DNA from: an uncultured SAR86 cluster bacterium
Lineage (GTDB): Bacteria; Pseudomonadota; Gammaproteobacteria; Magnimaribacterales; D2472
Assembly: GCA_902583575.1 (NCBI GenBank)
Contig: CACHWY010000003.1
Span: 22,962-86,961, forward strand
Length of the DNA: 64,000 bases
Direction: 5' to 3'
Under the pieces are notes generated by a model that did no database searches, was not told the DNA's origin, and saw only the letters and a list, made by a program, of their open reading frames with translations. A program made the translations under genes and the position numbers. This document shows, in pieces, positions 46,377 through 55,900 of the stretch. Within the stretch, counting starts at the first letter, position 1. Every line of letters begins with the position of its first letter.

Positions 46377-47140
46377 TATACTTCTCCCTTAATAACTGGC
46401 ATTAGTAGCATATCGACTGGAGCTAACTTCTTAGCCATTCTTATGCCATCTCTAATTGGCTTCCTATAACTTCCTGGTAGCTCAACCCATTCACCAACTT
46501 CGTTATCCCATCTTCCGCTAGTTCTTTCGTCTTTCGTTTGATAGAACATGCCTATTCTTCCAATAACTAGTATGTTTACAACAGTGCCGTCAGCCAATTT
46601 GTCTTCATAGGTATCTATTTTTCTTCCATACTCAGCCTCAATATTGTAAGCCTCTAGAACTTGCCTTACTTGCTCTGAAGCAGTAACTTTAGGTTTAGAC
46701 ATTGAAGATCTTACAAGATCAACTCTAGCTCTTCTCTCTTCAGCTCTGAAAGGGGTATCTAATTTAATAAACGTTTCCAGACTATCAAGCATTTTCCCAG
46801 CCAAAGGAGGTATTTGTCTTTGCATAACAACAACTTGAACTAGCTGTTCATCTAGCTTATCCATTAAATCAAGTTGAGCTTGAATTTGTATTCTTTTCTG
46901 TGCGTTATAAAGTTTCAAGCCTTCTACTTGTTTTGAAACAACTTTATATTCATTTACTATCTTGTCTGTTTGTCTTTCTGTTGCATCAATCTTATCTTGC
47001 GATGTTGCAGAAAGTTGTTGATTGTCTCTACCAACCTCTAAAACACTCTCCATATTAACCTCAACGACTTCATTGGCAAATGAAGTAAAGCTAAAGCCAA
47101 TAAGAACAGGTAAAGATATATTCTTTATAAATTTATACAT
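46376..47140 (-). CDS. DUF3450-type periplasmic coiled-coil protein (TtpB-like)
   Basis: First gene of the cluster. Signal peptide MYKFIKNISLPVLIGFSFTSFA. I prefer the start at the second ATG of ATGATG, 6 nt after GGGAG. The longest ORF extends to 47188. Confidence 0.7.
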   Translation of the reverse strand: MYKFIKNISLPVLIGFSFTSFANEVVEVNMESVLEVGRDNQQLSATSQDKIDATERQTDKIVNEYKVVSKQVEGLKLYNAQKRIQIQAQLDLMDKLDEQLVQVVVMQRQIPPLAGKMLDSLETFIKLDTPFRAEERRARVDLVRSSMSKPKVTASEQVRQVLEAYNIEAEYGRKIDTYEDKLADGTVVNILVIGRIGMFYQTKDERTSGRWDNEVGEWVELPGSYRKPIRDGIRMAKKLAPVDMLLMPVIKGEV

Positions 47141-47295
47141 CATTTTCTCCCTTTCCCTAAAGTCAGATAATATTAACAGGCTATACAAAATAAATAAATT
47201 ATTTATTTATAGCTTGTTTAATCTAAAATTGCCTATAAAGCAAACAATATTATATAAGTTTTTTACGAATATAGCGTAAATTTCCGCATTCTGCT

Positions 47296-48141
47296 CTAAA
47301 ATTTTGGAATGATTCTAGGAGTCTTATCCTTATAATTCTTATATTCTTCAAGATGTCCCCATTTTTTATTACCCATATCTTCAAGCATTCTTACCCCGCT
47401 AATATGAACCAAAAGAATATATGTAAAAACAGGAGATATTAATGTTAAATACTGGGCACCGCCCAAAGAAGGAAGAGCGATTAAAGCTATTGCGGTCCAA
47501 AGCATAATTTCTCCAAAATAATTAGGATGTCTTGATTTTGCCCATAAGCCAGTGGTAATAAATTTATCTTTATTTTCTTCAAAGGATCTAAAAGTATTTT
47601 TTTGATTGTCTGCAATAATTTCGATACTTAAACCTATTAAGAATAGCGCAAATCCAATATAGAAATATATGTTGGTAATCACGCCAATTTCACTTGAAAT
47701 TGCAGTTAAGGCGCACATAGAACAAATAGAAACCCAGAATCCTTGGAGCGTCCAAGTCATAAAAAATTGAGAAGCGGATGGCTTTATCTTTCTAAATCTT
47801 TTATCTTCTCCAGCTTTATGAATTCTTAAAAATAAAAAACTTCCTAGTCGAACTGCCCAGATCGAAATTAGCAATGCCAATATAAGATTTCCTATTTTTA
47901 GTTCTCCGGCTGGATTAGAAAGCATATATGTAAACCAAACAACTGATAAATAAGTCAAGGTTCCAGTTAAATCATAAAATTTTTCAGTCTGAAATGTGTA
48001 TGCAGGAATATAAGCAACCCATTGGATTAAAAATGCCAATATAACCGCATTTAAAACTATATAACTTCCAGTTAAATAAGCTATTCCAGTTCCAACAAAA
48101 AATACAATTATTGATATTAATAAATTAACATACCACTTCAT
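47296..48141 (-). CDS. DUF1295/ICMT-fold polytopic membrane protein (steroid-reductase/methyltransferase-like)
   Basis: GLWAKSRHPNYFGEIMLW C-terminal motif and about 8 TM segments. I prefer the start at MKWYVNLL (48141), 2 nt after the upstream stop. Confidence 0.7.
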   Translation of the reverse strand: MKWYVNLLISIIVFFVGTGIAYLTGSYIVLNAVILAFLIQWVAYIPAYTFQTEKFYDLTGTLTYLSVVWFTYMLSNPAGELKIGNLILALLISIWAVRLGSFLFLRIHKAGEDKRFRKIKPSASQFFMTWTLQGFWVSICSMCALTAISSEIGVITNIYFYIGFALFLIGLSIEIIADNQKNTFRSFEENKDKFITTGLWAKSRHPNYFGEIMLWTAIALIALPSLGGAQYLTLISPVFTYILLVHISGVRMLEDMGNKKWGHLEEYKNYKDKTPRIIPKF

Positions 48142-48143
48142 AA

Positions 48144-49958
48144 TTAATTCCACCCACAAGTTCTTTGTTTATTTTGATCATCAAGCCAATCTTTTAGTGG
48201 CGCATAATAATTTAATATCGATTTACCGCTAAGCTGTCTAGACCCTGTTAAATTTTCAAAAGTATCTTGCCATGGCTGACTCTCACCCAGCGCCATGGTT
48301 GATATTATTTTCTCTCCGGCAGTCTTGCTTCCATAGATAGAGCATTCATGAAGCGGGCCATCAAAGCCCATTTCTTTGCATAAAGCTTCATGAAATTGAT
48401 ATTGCATTATCCTTGCTAAATAATATCTTGTATAAGGAGTATTTCCTGGAATATGGTATTTTGCTCCTGGATCAAAGTATTCCTCAGATCTTTCATCGCT
48501 TGTACTAATCCCTTGATATTGTTCTCTTAAGTCCCACCATGATGAATTTAAATTACTCTCATCTATTTCACCATTAAATACTCCAGACCTCCATTTATCT
48601 AACATTAATGCCCAAGGAATAACAACAACCCCCTCTAAGGCTTGTTTCATTAATAAACCTATCGGGTCTTCTTTTGCGATATTTGCTTCATCCTCAGATA
48701 TAAAGCCAATATTCATAAGATAATCTGGTGTAATAGACAAGGTTAAAAGGTCTCCAAACGCTTCATGAAAACCATCATTCGCCCCTCCTTGAAAAAGGTA
48801 AGGTAAGTGATTGTATGCTTGATAATAAAAAATATGCCCTAATTCATGATGAATTGTAATGAAGTCCTCTTCATTTTTTTCTATACACATTTTAATTCTA
48901 AGATCATTATTAGCAGGATCTAAATTCCATGCAGAAGCATGGCAAACTACCGACCTGTCATTCGGCTTAACAAATAAAGATCTCTCCCAAAAAGTATCTG
49001 GTAAAGGCTTGAAACCTATAGACAAAAAGAAATCTTCAGCATATTCAACCATTTCTATTTCACTTAATGATTTTTCTTCAATTATCCTAGTAACATTTAC
49101 AGAATTTGATTGTGAGCCTTCTGTATAAATTATGTCATATATATTTGACCAAGTTTGTCCCCACATATTTCCTAAAAGATGCACTGGCAATGCTCCTGAA
49201 TTTGACACAATGTCGTCTCCATAATAATCATTTAATTTGGCTCTAGCATGACAATGTAAAGCATCATAAAGTGGTTTAACTTCTTCCCACACTCTATCAG
49301 TCTCATTAAGAAAATCTTCTGCGGGCATATCATATTTGCTAAACCATAAATCGCTTAATCCTTTATAACCCAAATCTTTTGATCCTTGATTTCCAATTTC
49401 CACCATACGCATATACATTGGTTTCATAGGCTTCCCAATTTCATGCCAGCCTTTCCAGGCACTTAATAGTTCTTCTGGATTTCTTGATTTATCAATAATT
49501 GCTTCAAAGGCCTCTAAATCAAAACAACTACCATTTTCATAGCAATATTCTCCATTTCCATACATAGCTTCTAGACTAGTAGTTATTTTTGATAGTTCTT
49601 TTGCTAAGTTATTATCAAATGGAGGCGGCATTACAAAAGAGCTTTTAAGAATATTTAACATTCTTTTCTTATCAGACGTGGTATCAACATTATTAAAATC
49701 AGATGCTCTTCTAGAAGTTTCTAAAGATTTAAGTGTATATCTAGTCCCATAATCAGCTATTACTTTTTGTGAATCATAAGTAATAAAGTTTGAACTTATC
49801 CAAGAAGCAGAATTTATAATTGGACCTTCTTCTTTATATTCTTGCTCAACTTCTAATAAAAACTTATCTAAATCTTCACTTGTATTACTTTTTTCGCTAC
49901 CTGGAGCACAAGAAGTTACAATTATAATTATGAATATGATACTTAAAAAGTTTTTCAT
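48144..49958 (-). CDS. Peptidyl-dipeptidase A (angiotensin-converting-enzyme-like, peptidase family M2), lipoprotein
   Basis: HHELGHIFYYQAY...GGANDGFHEAFGD mirrors the ACE zinc signature HHEMGH...GANPGFHEAIGD. I prefer the start at MKNFLSIIFIIIIVTSC, which carries a lipobox VTSC. The longest ORF starts at 50018 and would overlap efp. Confidence 0.88.
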   Translation of the reverse strand: MKNFLSIIFIIIIVTSCAPGSEKSNTSEDLDKFLLEVEQEYKEEGPIINSASWISSNFITYDSQKVIADYGTRYTLKSLETSRRASDFNNVDTTSDKKRMLNILKSSFVMPPPFDNNLAKELSKITTSLEAMYGNGEYCYENGSCFDLEAFEAIIDKSRNPEELLSAWKGWHEIGKPMKPMYMRMVEIGNQGSKDLGYKGLSDLWFSKYDMPAEDFLNETDRVWEEVKPLYDALHCHARAKLNDYYGDDIVSNSGALPVHLLGNMWGQTWSNIYDIIYTEGSQSNSVNVTRIIEEKSLSEIEMVEYAEDFFLSIGFKPLPDTFWERSLFVKPNDRSVVCHASAWNLDPANNDLRIKMCIEKNEEDFITIHHELGHIFYYQAYNHLPYLFQGGANDGFHEAFGDLLTLSITPDYLMNIGFISEDEANIAKEDPIGLLMKQALEGVVVIPWALMLDKWRSGVFNGEIDESNLNSSWWDLREQYQGISTSDERSEEYFDPGAKYHIPGNTPYTRYYLARIMQYQFHEALCKEMGFDGPLHECSIYGSKTAGEKIISTMALGESQPWQDTFENLTGSRQLSGKSILNYYAPLKDWLDDQNKQRTCGWN

Positions 49959-50001
49959 TTTTGTTCCCTCACCATTAAAATAACATAAAAGTGAGTATGT
50001 T

Positions 50002-50568
50002 ATGAAGATTTCAACCAATCAATTTAAAAATGGAACTAAGCTAATAATTGATAACGCCCCATGCACAATAGTGGAACATGAATTTCACAAGCCAGGCAAA
50101 GGACAGGCAGTTATGAGAATCAAATATAAAAACCTTTTGACTGGTAATACTAATGATAAAACTTACAAATCAGGCGAAAGTGTTGAGTCTGCTGATGTTA
50201 ATCATAAGGAAATGGAATTTCTATACCATGATAAAGAATCTTGGCATTTTATGGATAAGGATACTTACGAACAAATAGAAATAAACTCTTCACAAATGGG
50301 AGATGCAACAAAATGGCTTACAGGACAAGAAATATGTGAGGTTGTTCTATGGAATAATCAACCAATACTGGTTAGTCCGCCTGCAATTGTTGAATTGAAA
50401 ATTATTAAGTCCGAACCGGGTGTAAAAGGTGATACAGTTTCTGGAGCTACAAAAAATGCAACACTTGAAACTGGTATAGATGTTCAAGTTCCTTTATTTG
50501 TAAATGAAAATGAAGTTATTAAAGTTGATACTAGGGATATAACTTATGTCGGGAGAGCAAAGTCTTGA
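50002..50568 (+). CDS. efp: Elongation factor P
   Basis: STNQFKNGTKLIIDNAPCTIVEHEFHKPGKGQAVMRIKYKNL with the conserved KPGKG loop lysine, 188 aa. Confidence 0.95.
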   Translation: MKISTNQFKNGTKLIIDNAPCTIVEHEFHKPGKGQAVMRIKYKNLLTGNTNDKTYKSGESVESADVNHKEMEFLYHDKESWHFMDKDTYEQIEINSSQMGDATKWLTGQEICEVVLWNNQPILVSPPAIVELKIIKSEPGVKGDTVSGATKNATLETGIDVQVPLFVNENEVIKVDTRDITYVGRAKS

Positions 50569-52307
50569 TAGATATAGTCGATAAAGAAATCAAATCATTT
50601 TTATCATCAATTAATGGAATGGATGAAAATGTTTTATCAATAATCAATGAAAAATATTCTACTACCATTTCTGACGATCTAAAAAATGGTCATCTGACTA
50701 GTAATGTATGTATGGTTGCTGCAAGTATATTAAATCTTAATCCAAAAGATTTAGCTAAAGAATTAGAAGAAAAGCTTAAAAAATTAAATAAATTCCAAGA
50801 AATTAAAGTAGCTGGGCCTGGATTTGTAAATATATCTCTTAATAGAAAAGATTTTGTTTCAATTTTAGATGAAATAAATAATAACAAAGAGAAATTCGGT
50901 GAGTCTAACCTGGGCAATGGAAATAAAATACAAATTGAGTTTGTGTCTGCAAACCCTACTGGACCTTTGCATGTTGGTCATGGAAGAGGAGCTGCATATG
51001 GTGACGCCTTAGCAAGAATACTTACAAAGACAGGGTCCATAGTAGAAAAAGAATATTATATTAATGATGCTGGGAGACAAATTGATATTTTGACAGCTAG
51101 TGTAATTACCAAGCTAATTCAAAAAGATCTTGGCAATTTTTCTGCTCAAAATACTTATAAAGGAAAATATATAGAAGAAATTGGTATTGCCTTTAGTAAA
51201 GAAAAAGTTGTTACTTATAAAGAACCTAAATTAATAATTAACAATCTTCCGGGAGATGCTGAAGAAGAAATTGATCAACTAATATCTAATCTAAAAGAGA
51301 TGGATAAAAAAATTTGGAATGAAGTTAAGAATTTCTCACTAAAAAATATTCTAAATCTAATTAAACAAGATCTAGAAAACTTTAATGTAAATTTTGACAA
51401 CTGGTTTCAAGAATCTTCTCTTGGCGATTTAGAAGATCCGAATTCACAAATTTCTACTTTAGTAAATAAATTAAAAGAGGATGATAATGCATATGAAAAA
51501 GATGGAGCTCTTTGGTTAAATACTGATGTAAGTGGTGACGATAAGCATAGAGTATTGATTAGAGATGATGGAAGAGCAACCTATTTTGCATCTGATGTCG
51601 CATATCATAAAAATAAAGTAGATAGAGAGTTTGATACATTAATTAATATCTGGGGTGCCGATCATCATGGTTACATAAAAAGAATTGAAGCCTCGATAGA
51701 GGCATTGGGATCAAAGAAAGAAAAGCTAGTTGTTAAATTGGTGCAGTTTGCAAATCTATTTAAAAACGGTAAAAAGGTAAAAATGTCTACAAGGTCGGGC
51801 GAATTTTTTACATTAAAAGATCTAATCAAAGATATTGGAGCTGATGCAGCTAGATTCTATTATTTATCAAAACAGGCTGATCAGCATTTGGATTTTGATA
51901 TAGATCTAGCAAAATCAGACAGCAAAGAAAACATCTTTTATTATATTCAGTATGCGCATGCAAGAATCTTTTCATTAGAGAAAAAATTTAATGAGAACAA
52001 TCAAGGTAAAAAGATTAGCTCTATAACTGCAGAAAGTATTTCATACGATAAATACGATAAATTAATTCATGAAATATCAAAATATCCAAATATCGTTAAG
52101 AAGTCTGCGCAAACTCTTCAACCGCACTTAATTATTTTTTATCTAAGAGATTTGTCTCAACTATTTCATAGCTACTATAACGACAATCATGTGCTCTCCG
52201 AATCAGAAAAAAATATGGAATCAATTATTTTTTGCTTATCCGCCGTTAGACAAACTATTGCAAATGGGCTCACTCTATTAGGCATTAGCCCAATGCAAAA
52301 AATGTAA
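50565..52307 (+). CDS. argS: Arginine--tRNA ligase
   Basis: TTG start 7 nt after GGGAGAG. SANPTGPLHVGHGR (HIGH motif) and the KMSTRSG KMSK-type motif, 580 aa. Confidence 0.95.
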   Translation: MIDIVDKEIKSFLSSINGMDENVLSIINEKYSTTISDDLKNGHLTSNVCMVAASILNLNPKDLAKELEEKLKKLNKFQEIKVAGPGFVNISLNRKDFVSILDEINNNKEKFGESNLGNGNKIQIEFVSANPTGPLHVGHGRGAAYGDALARILTKTGSIVEKEYYINDAGRQIDILTASVITKLIQKDLGNFSAQNTYKGKYIEEIGIAFSKEKVVTYKEPKLIINNLPGDAEEEIDQLISNLKEMDKKIWNEVKNFSLKNILNLIKQDLENFNVNFDNWFQESSLGDLEDPNSQISTLVNKLKEDDNAYEKDGALWLNTDVSGDDKHRVLIRDDGRATYFASDVAYHKNKVDREFDTLINIWGADHHGYIKRIEASIEALGSKKEKLVVKLVQFANLFKNGKKVKMSTRSGEFFTLKDLIKDIGADAARFYYLSKQADQHLDFDIDLAKSDSKENIFYYIQYAHARIFSLEKKFNENNQGKKISSITAESISYDKYDKLIHEISKYPNIVKKSAQTLQPHLIIFYLRDLSQLFHSYYNDNHVLSESEKNMESIIFCLSAVRQTIANGLTLLGISPMQKM

Positions 52308-52311
52308 TGAG

Positions 52312-52845
52312 ATGAAAGATTTTGCAAATAGAAGTAATAAAAGAAATAGTAATGTTAAAAATAAGCGTGTATTTAGATCAAAAAAACCAAGCGCCCAAAC
52401 CATTTCAAGTAATACAATCTTATTCTTATTAATTATTTGTATTGGACTAGGTTCAATTTCTTTTCTTTATTTTAAGACTGATGTAATCTCGATCAAACCT
52501 GATGATTCAATAAATTCAGTAACAATTGATTTCCCAACATCATTAAAAGAAGATTCCATTTTAATAGAATCAAGTGAGAATATTTCTAAGCTGGAATGTG
52601 AGTATTTTGTTCAAATAGGTGCCTATGGAAATAAAAAGTATGCGCTGGAAGCAAAAAATATGCTTCAAGCAGAAATCCAAAGAATTTCGATTAATGAAAT
52701 TTATAGCACTCTTCAATCAGGTAAATTACTTCATAGCGTAATTTCTGGTCCGTATCAAAATAAGTCTTCAGCAAATAATGCAAAAGAAAAAATTACAAAA
52801 ACAGGTTTTGAACCCCGACTTAGAACACTATGCAAAAAGAAATAG
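52312..52845 (+). CDS. SPOR-domain membrane-anchored protein
   Basis: Basic N-terminus, one TM helix and a C-terminal SPOR-like domain (YFVQIGAYGNKKYALEAKNML...GPYQNKSSANNAKEKI). A SPOR gene after argS is also seen in Pseudomonas, from memory. Confidence 0.7.
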   Translation: MKDFANRSNKRNSNVKNKRVFRSKKPSAQTISSNTILFLLIICIGLGSISFLYFKTDVISIKPDDSINSVTIDFPTSLKEDSILIESSENISKLECEYFVQIGAYGNKKYALEAKNMLQAEIQRISINEIYSTLQSGKLLHSVISGPYQNKSSANNAKEKITKTGFEPRLRTLCKKK

Positions 52846-53516
52846 TTAAAAATATTAACGAACTTAGAAAAAAAATTGATGCAACTTGTATGTTGGGAAA
52901 TATTGATCCAAATAATCTAACCCTGATAGCAGTTTCAAAGAAAAAGAGTCATGAATTAATTAATATCGCTTTAGAAAATGGGGTTTATGATTTTGGTGAA
53001 AATTATGTGCAAGAATTGATAGAAAAATCTAAACTTATAAAATCAAATAAAATCATTTGGCATTACATTGGACCCATCCAATCAAATAAGATAAAAGGTA
53101 TCGCTGCTTGCGCTAATTGGGTGCATACCCTCCACAGAGAAAAAGTAATTACAAAATTAAATACTGAGTGTAAAAAAATTAATAAAGTCATTAATGCGTG
53201 TATCCAGGTGAATATATCATCTGAAGCATCAAAAAGTGGTTGCAAGGCAACTGAGCTTATGAATATTGCAAAAATAATTAAATCTATGAAAAATATTAAT
53301 TTAAGAGGCATAATGGCTCTTCCAAAATTAACTACTAACAAAATTGAACGAGCAGAAATAATGGAATCGGTAAAAAATCTTAGTTTAGAGCTTCAAGCTT
53401 CGTATCCTGATGCGACCTCTATCTCATTAGGAACTTCATCAGATTTTCAGGATGCAATAATTCATGGATCCACAATGATAAGGATTGGTGAGACTATCTT
53501 TGGAAAAAGGTTATGA
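52830..53516 (+). CDS. yggS: YggS family pyridoxal-phosphate homeostasis protein
   Basis: LIAVSKKKS with the PLP lysine, FGENYVQE, WHYIGPIQSNK and RIGETIFG. Confidence 0.92.
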   Translation: MQKEIVKNINELRKKIDATCMLGNIDPNNLTLIAVSKKKSHELINIALENGVYDFGENYVQELIEKSKLIKSNKIIWHYIGPIQSNKIKGIAACANWVHTLHREKVITKLNTECKKINKVINACIQVNISSEASKSGCKATELMNIAKIIKSMKNINLRGIMALPKLTTNKIERAEIMESVKNLSLELQASYPDATSISLGTSSDFQDAIIHGSTMIRIGETIFGKRL

Positions 53517-54301
53517 ATATTGTCTTTTATGGTGGTGGGAATATAGCCCAAGCATTTATAGAAGGGCTAATAAATTCTGGTTATAAAAAAAATAATATCT
53601 TTTATATAGATAGAAATCTTAAAAATAAAAATAAGCTTAAGAAACTAAAAATAAAGAGCCTTAATAGCAAAGAATCACTACAAATAGATTTATTTATACT
53701 TGCTGTTAAGCCTAAAGATGCTATTCATGCATACAAAGACATATTAAAAAATTATAAAAATCCTAAAATTGTTAGTTTTGTAGCTGGGATAAAAACTAAT
53801 AAATATAAAAATATAAATAAAAAGATTGAGTTTCTTCGAGCAATGCCAAATACATCATCAAAATTCAATTTAGGCATTACTGCAATCTATAATTCAAGTT
53901 TTAAAAAAAGCAATCTTTTAAAAGTTATTAATATTTTTAAAAGGGTTGGGATTGTGATGCAGCTTGAAAAAGAATCTAAAATTGACACATTTACCGGGAT
54001 TATTGGGAGCGGTCCTGCCTACTTCTTTTATCTTTTAAAAATATATGAGAAAAAATTATTAACTTTATGTAATGGGGATAGAAAAGAGGTAAATGCAATT
54101 ATTGTAAATCTTATGAAAGGTGTGGGACTATCAATAAAAGATGGTAAAGATTTGGATGAGCTAATTATGAAGGTAGCTTCTAAAAAAGGCACAACAGAAG
54201 CAGGCTTAAAATCTTTTAAATCTAACTCAATTAATAAAATCTTTGAAGAAGGTCTAAATGATGCGATAAAACGTTCTAAAGAAATCTCTAATGAATACTA
54301 A
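53513..54301 (+). CDS. proC: Pyrroline-5-carboxylate reductase
   Basis: FYGGGNIAQA N-terminal motif, LAVKP, RAMPNT, and SKKGTTEAG near the C-terminus. Confidence 0.88.
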   Translation: MNIVFYGGGNIAQAFIEGLINSGYKKNNIFYIDRNLKNKNKLKKLKIKSLNSKESLQIDLFILAVKPKDAIHAYKDILKNYKNPKIVSFVAGIKTNKYKNINKKIEFLRAMPNTSSKFNLGITAIYNSSFKKSNLLKVINIFKRVGIVMQLEKESKIDTFTGIIGSGPAYFFYLLKIYEKKLLTLCNGDRKEVNAIIVNLMKGVGLSIKDGKDLDELIMKVASKKGTTEAGLKSFKSNSINKIFEEGLNDAIKRSKEISNEY

Positions 54302-54815
54302 TTACCAAATTCTTGGACTGTTTTTAAATGTTATAAATTATATGTTTATATTTCTATTAATTTTTAATATTCTTAAAGTTAATTATTTCAACCCTATTGT
54401 TGCTGTTTTGGTGAGAATATATAAACCAATATCCAAAATCTTTTTTATTTTTCCAAATCAAATTATAAATATTTTAATTCTTGCCATTATTTTTAAACTT
54501 CTATCTTTAATAATCTACTTCGGCAATCAATATGAAACAATTGCACTTTTAGGCGTAGCAATAATCCAAACTTTAATGGCGATATTGCGAATAATTTTCT
54601 TTGCTGTCATTGGTGGAGTCATTCTCAGCTGGGTTTCATCAGAAAATTCAAATGCATTTCTACAATTGATTGAAGAAATATCATATAAAGCTCTTGCGCC
54701 GATAAGAAAATATATACCATCAGCTGGTGGGCTAGACTTATCACCTTTATTTGTTTTAATAATGATAAATTTACTTGAAAGTTTCCTAACTGATATTCTT
54801 AGGGCAATAGTATGA
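54291..54815 (+). CDS. yggT: YggT family membrane protein
   Basis: 174 aa with 4-5 TM segments. It holds the conserved position between proC and the met genes. The LAPIRKYIPSAGGLDLSP motif is present. Confidence 0.85.
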   Translation: MNTNYQILGLFLNVINYMFIFLLIFNILKVNYFNPIVAVLVRIYKPISKIFFIFPNQIINILILAIIFKLLSLIIYFGNQYETIALLGVAIIQTLMAILRIIFFAVIGGVILSWVSSENSNAFLQLIEEISYKALAPIRKYIPSAGGLDLSPLFVLIMINLLESFLTDILRAIV

Positions 54816-55900
54816 AATCAATAACAAAGCTTATTAATTTTAGTGAAGGCATAGCTTTAGAGTCAGGCAGAAGACTAGATTCATTTGATTTAATGGTGGA
54901 AACCTATGGGGAGCTTAATGAATCTAAAACTAATGCTATTCTCTTATGTCATGCCTTTTCTGGCGATCATCATGCCGCTGGCAAAAATGAAGATCAGAGT
55001 ATTGGTTGGTGGGACCAAATTGTTGGACCAAGCAAAGCAATAGATACAGACGAATATTATGTTGTTTGTTGCAATAATATTGGCGGATGCTCTGGGTCCT
55101 CTGGTCCAACAAGCATCAATCCTAACACTAAAAAAGCATATGGAAGTGACTTCCCAATAGTCAGTGTTAGTGATTGGGTAAATACTCAAAAAATGCTTAT
55201 GAATAAATTAAATATTCCACATTGGCATTTTGTTGCCGGAGGAAGTTTGGGTGGGATGCAAGCTCTTCAATGGTCTATTGCTTATCCAGACAGAATAAAA
55301 AAAGCAGGAATTTTTGCTGCTGCAGCTAAATCAAGCACACAAAATATTGCAATGAACGAAGTAGCAAGAGAATCAATAAGAAAGGATAAAAATTTCCACA
55401 ATGGAAACTATATTGAGCAAAATGTTATCCCAAAAAATGGAATTAAAACTGCAAGGATGCTAGGCCATATAACATATCTTTCGGAAAAGCATATGGATCT
55501 GAGGTTTGGTAGAAAATTTCAAGACGATGCTTCAAAGATAGATAAAGAAGTGGATTTTGAAGTTGAGAATTATCTGCAATATAAAGGTGAAAAATTTTCA
55601 GAATCATTTGATGCTAACTCTTATATCATCATGACAAAAGCCATGGATGGATATGATGCTGCTGGTAAAAAAGATAGTCTTGATGAAGCTTTGAAGGAGA
55701 TAAAAGCTGAGCTACTAATTGTTGGTTTTTATTCTGATTGGTTGTACCCCCCAGAAAGAGGAAAAGAAATTCAAATAGCAGCAATAAATAACAATATAAA
55801 ATCTTCATATATGGTTTTAGATGGAGAGCATGGGCATGATAGTTTCTTATTTCATTCAGAGCAGTATTCAAAAATAATTAAAAAATTTATTCAATCATAA
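54812..55900 (+). CDS. metX: Homoserine O-acyltransferase (MetX family)
   Basis: NAILLCHAFSGDHHAAG, GGSLGGMQALQW with the nucleophile Ser, and HGHDSFL. metW follows. Confidence 0.92.
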   Translation: MKSITKLINFSEGIALESGRRLDSFDLMVETYGELNESKTNAILLCHAFSGDHHAAGKNEDQSIGWWDQIVGPSKAIDTDEYYVVCCNNIGGCSGSSGPTSINPNTKKAYGSDFPIVSVSDWVNTQKMLMNKLNIPHWHFVAGGSLGGMQALQWSIAYPDRIKKAGIFAAAAKSSTQNIAMNEVARESIRKDKNFHNGNYIEQNVIPKNGIKTARMLGHITYLSEKHMDLRFGRKFQDDASKIDKEVDFEVENYLQYKGEKFSESFDANSYIIMTKAMDGYDAAGKKDSLDEALKEIKAELLIVGFYSDWLYPPERGKEIQIAAINNNIKSSYMVLDGEHGHDSFLFHSEQYSKIIKKFIQS

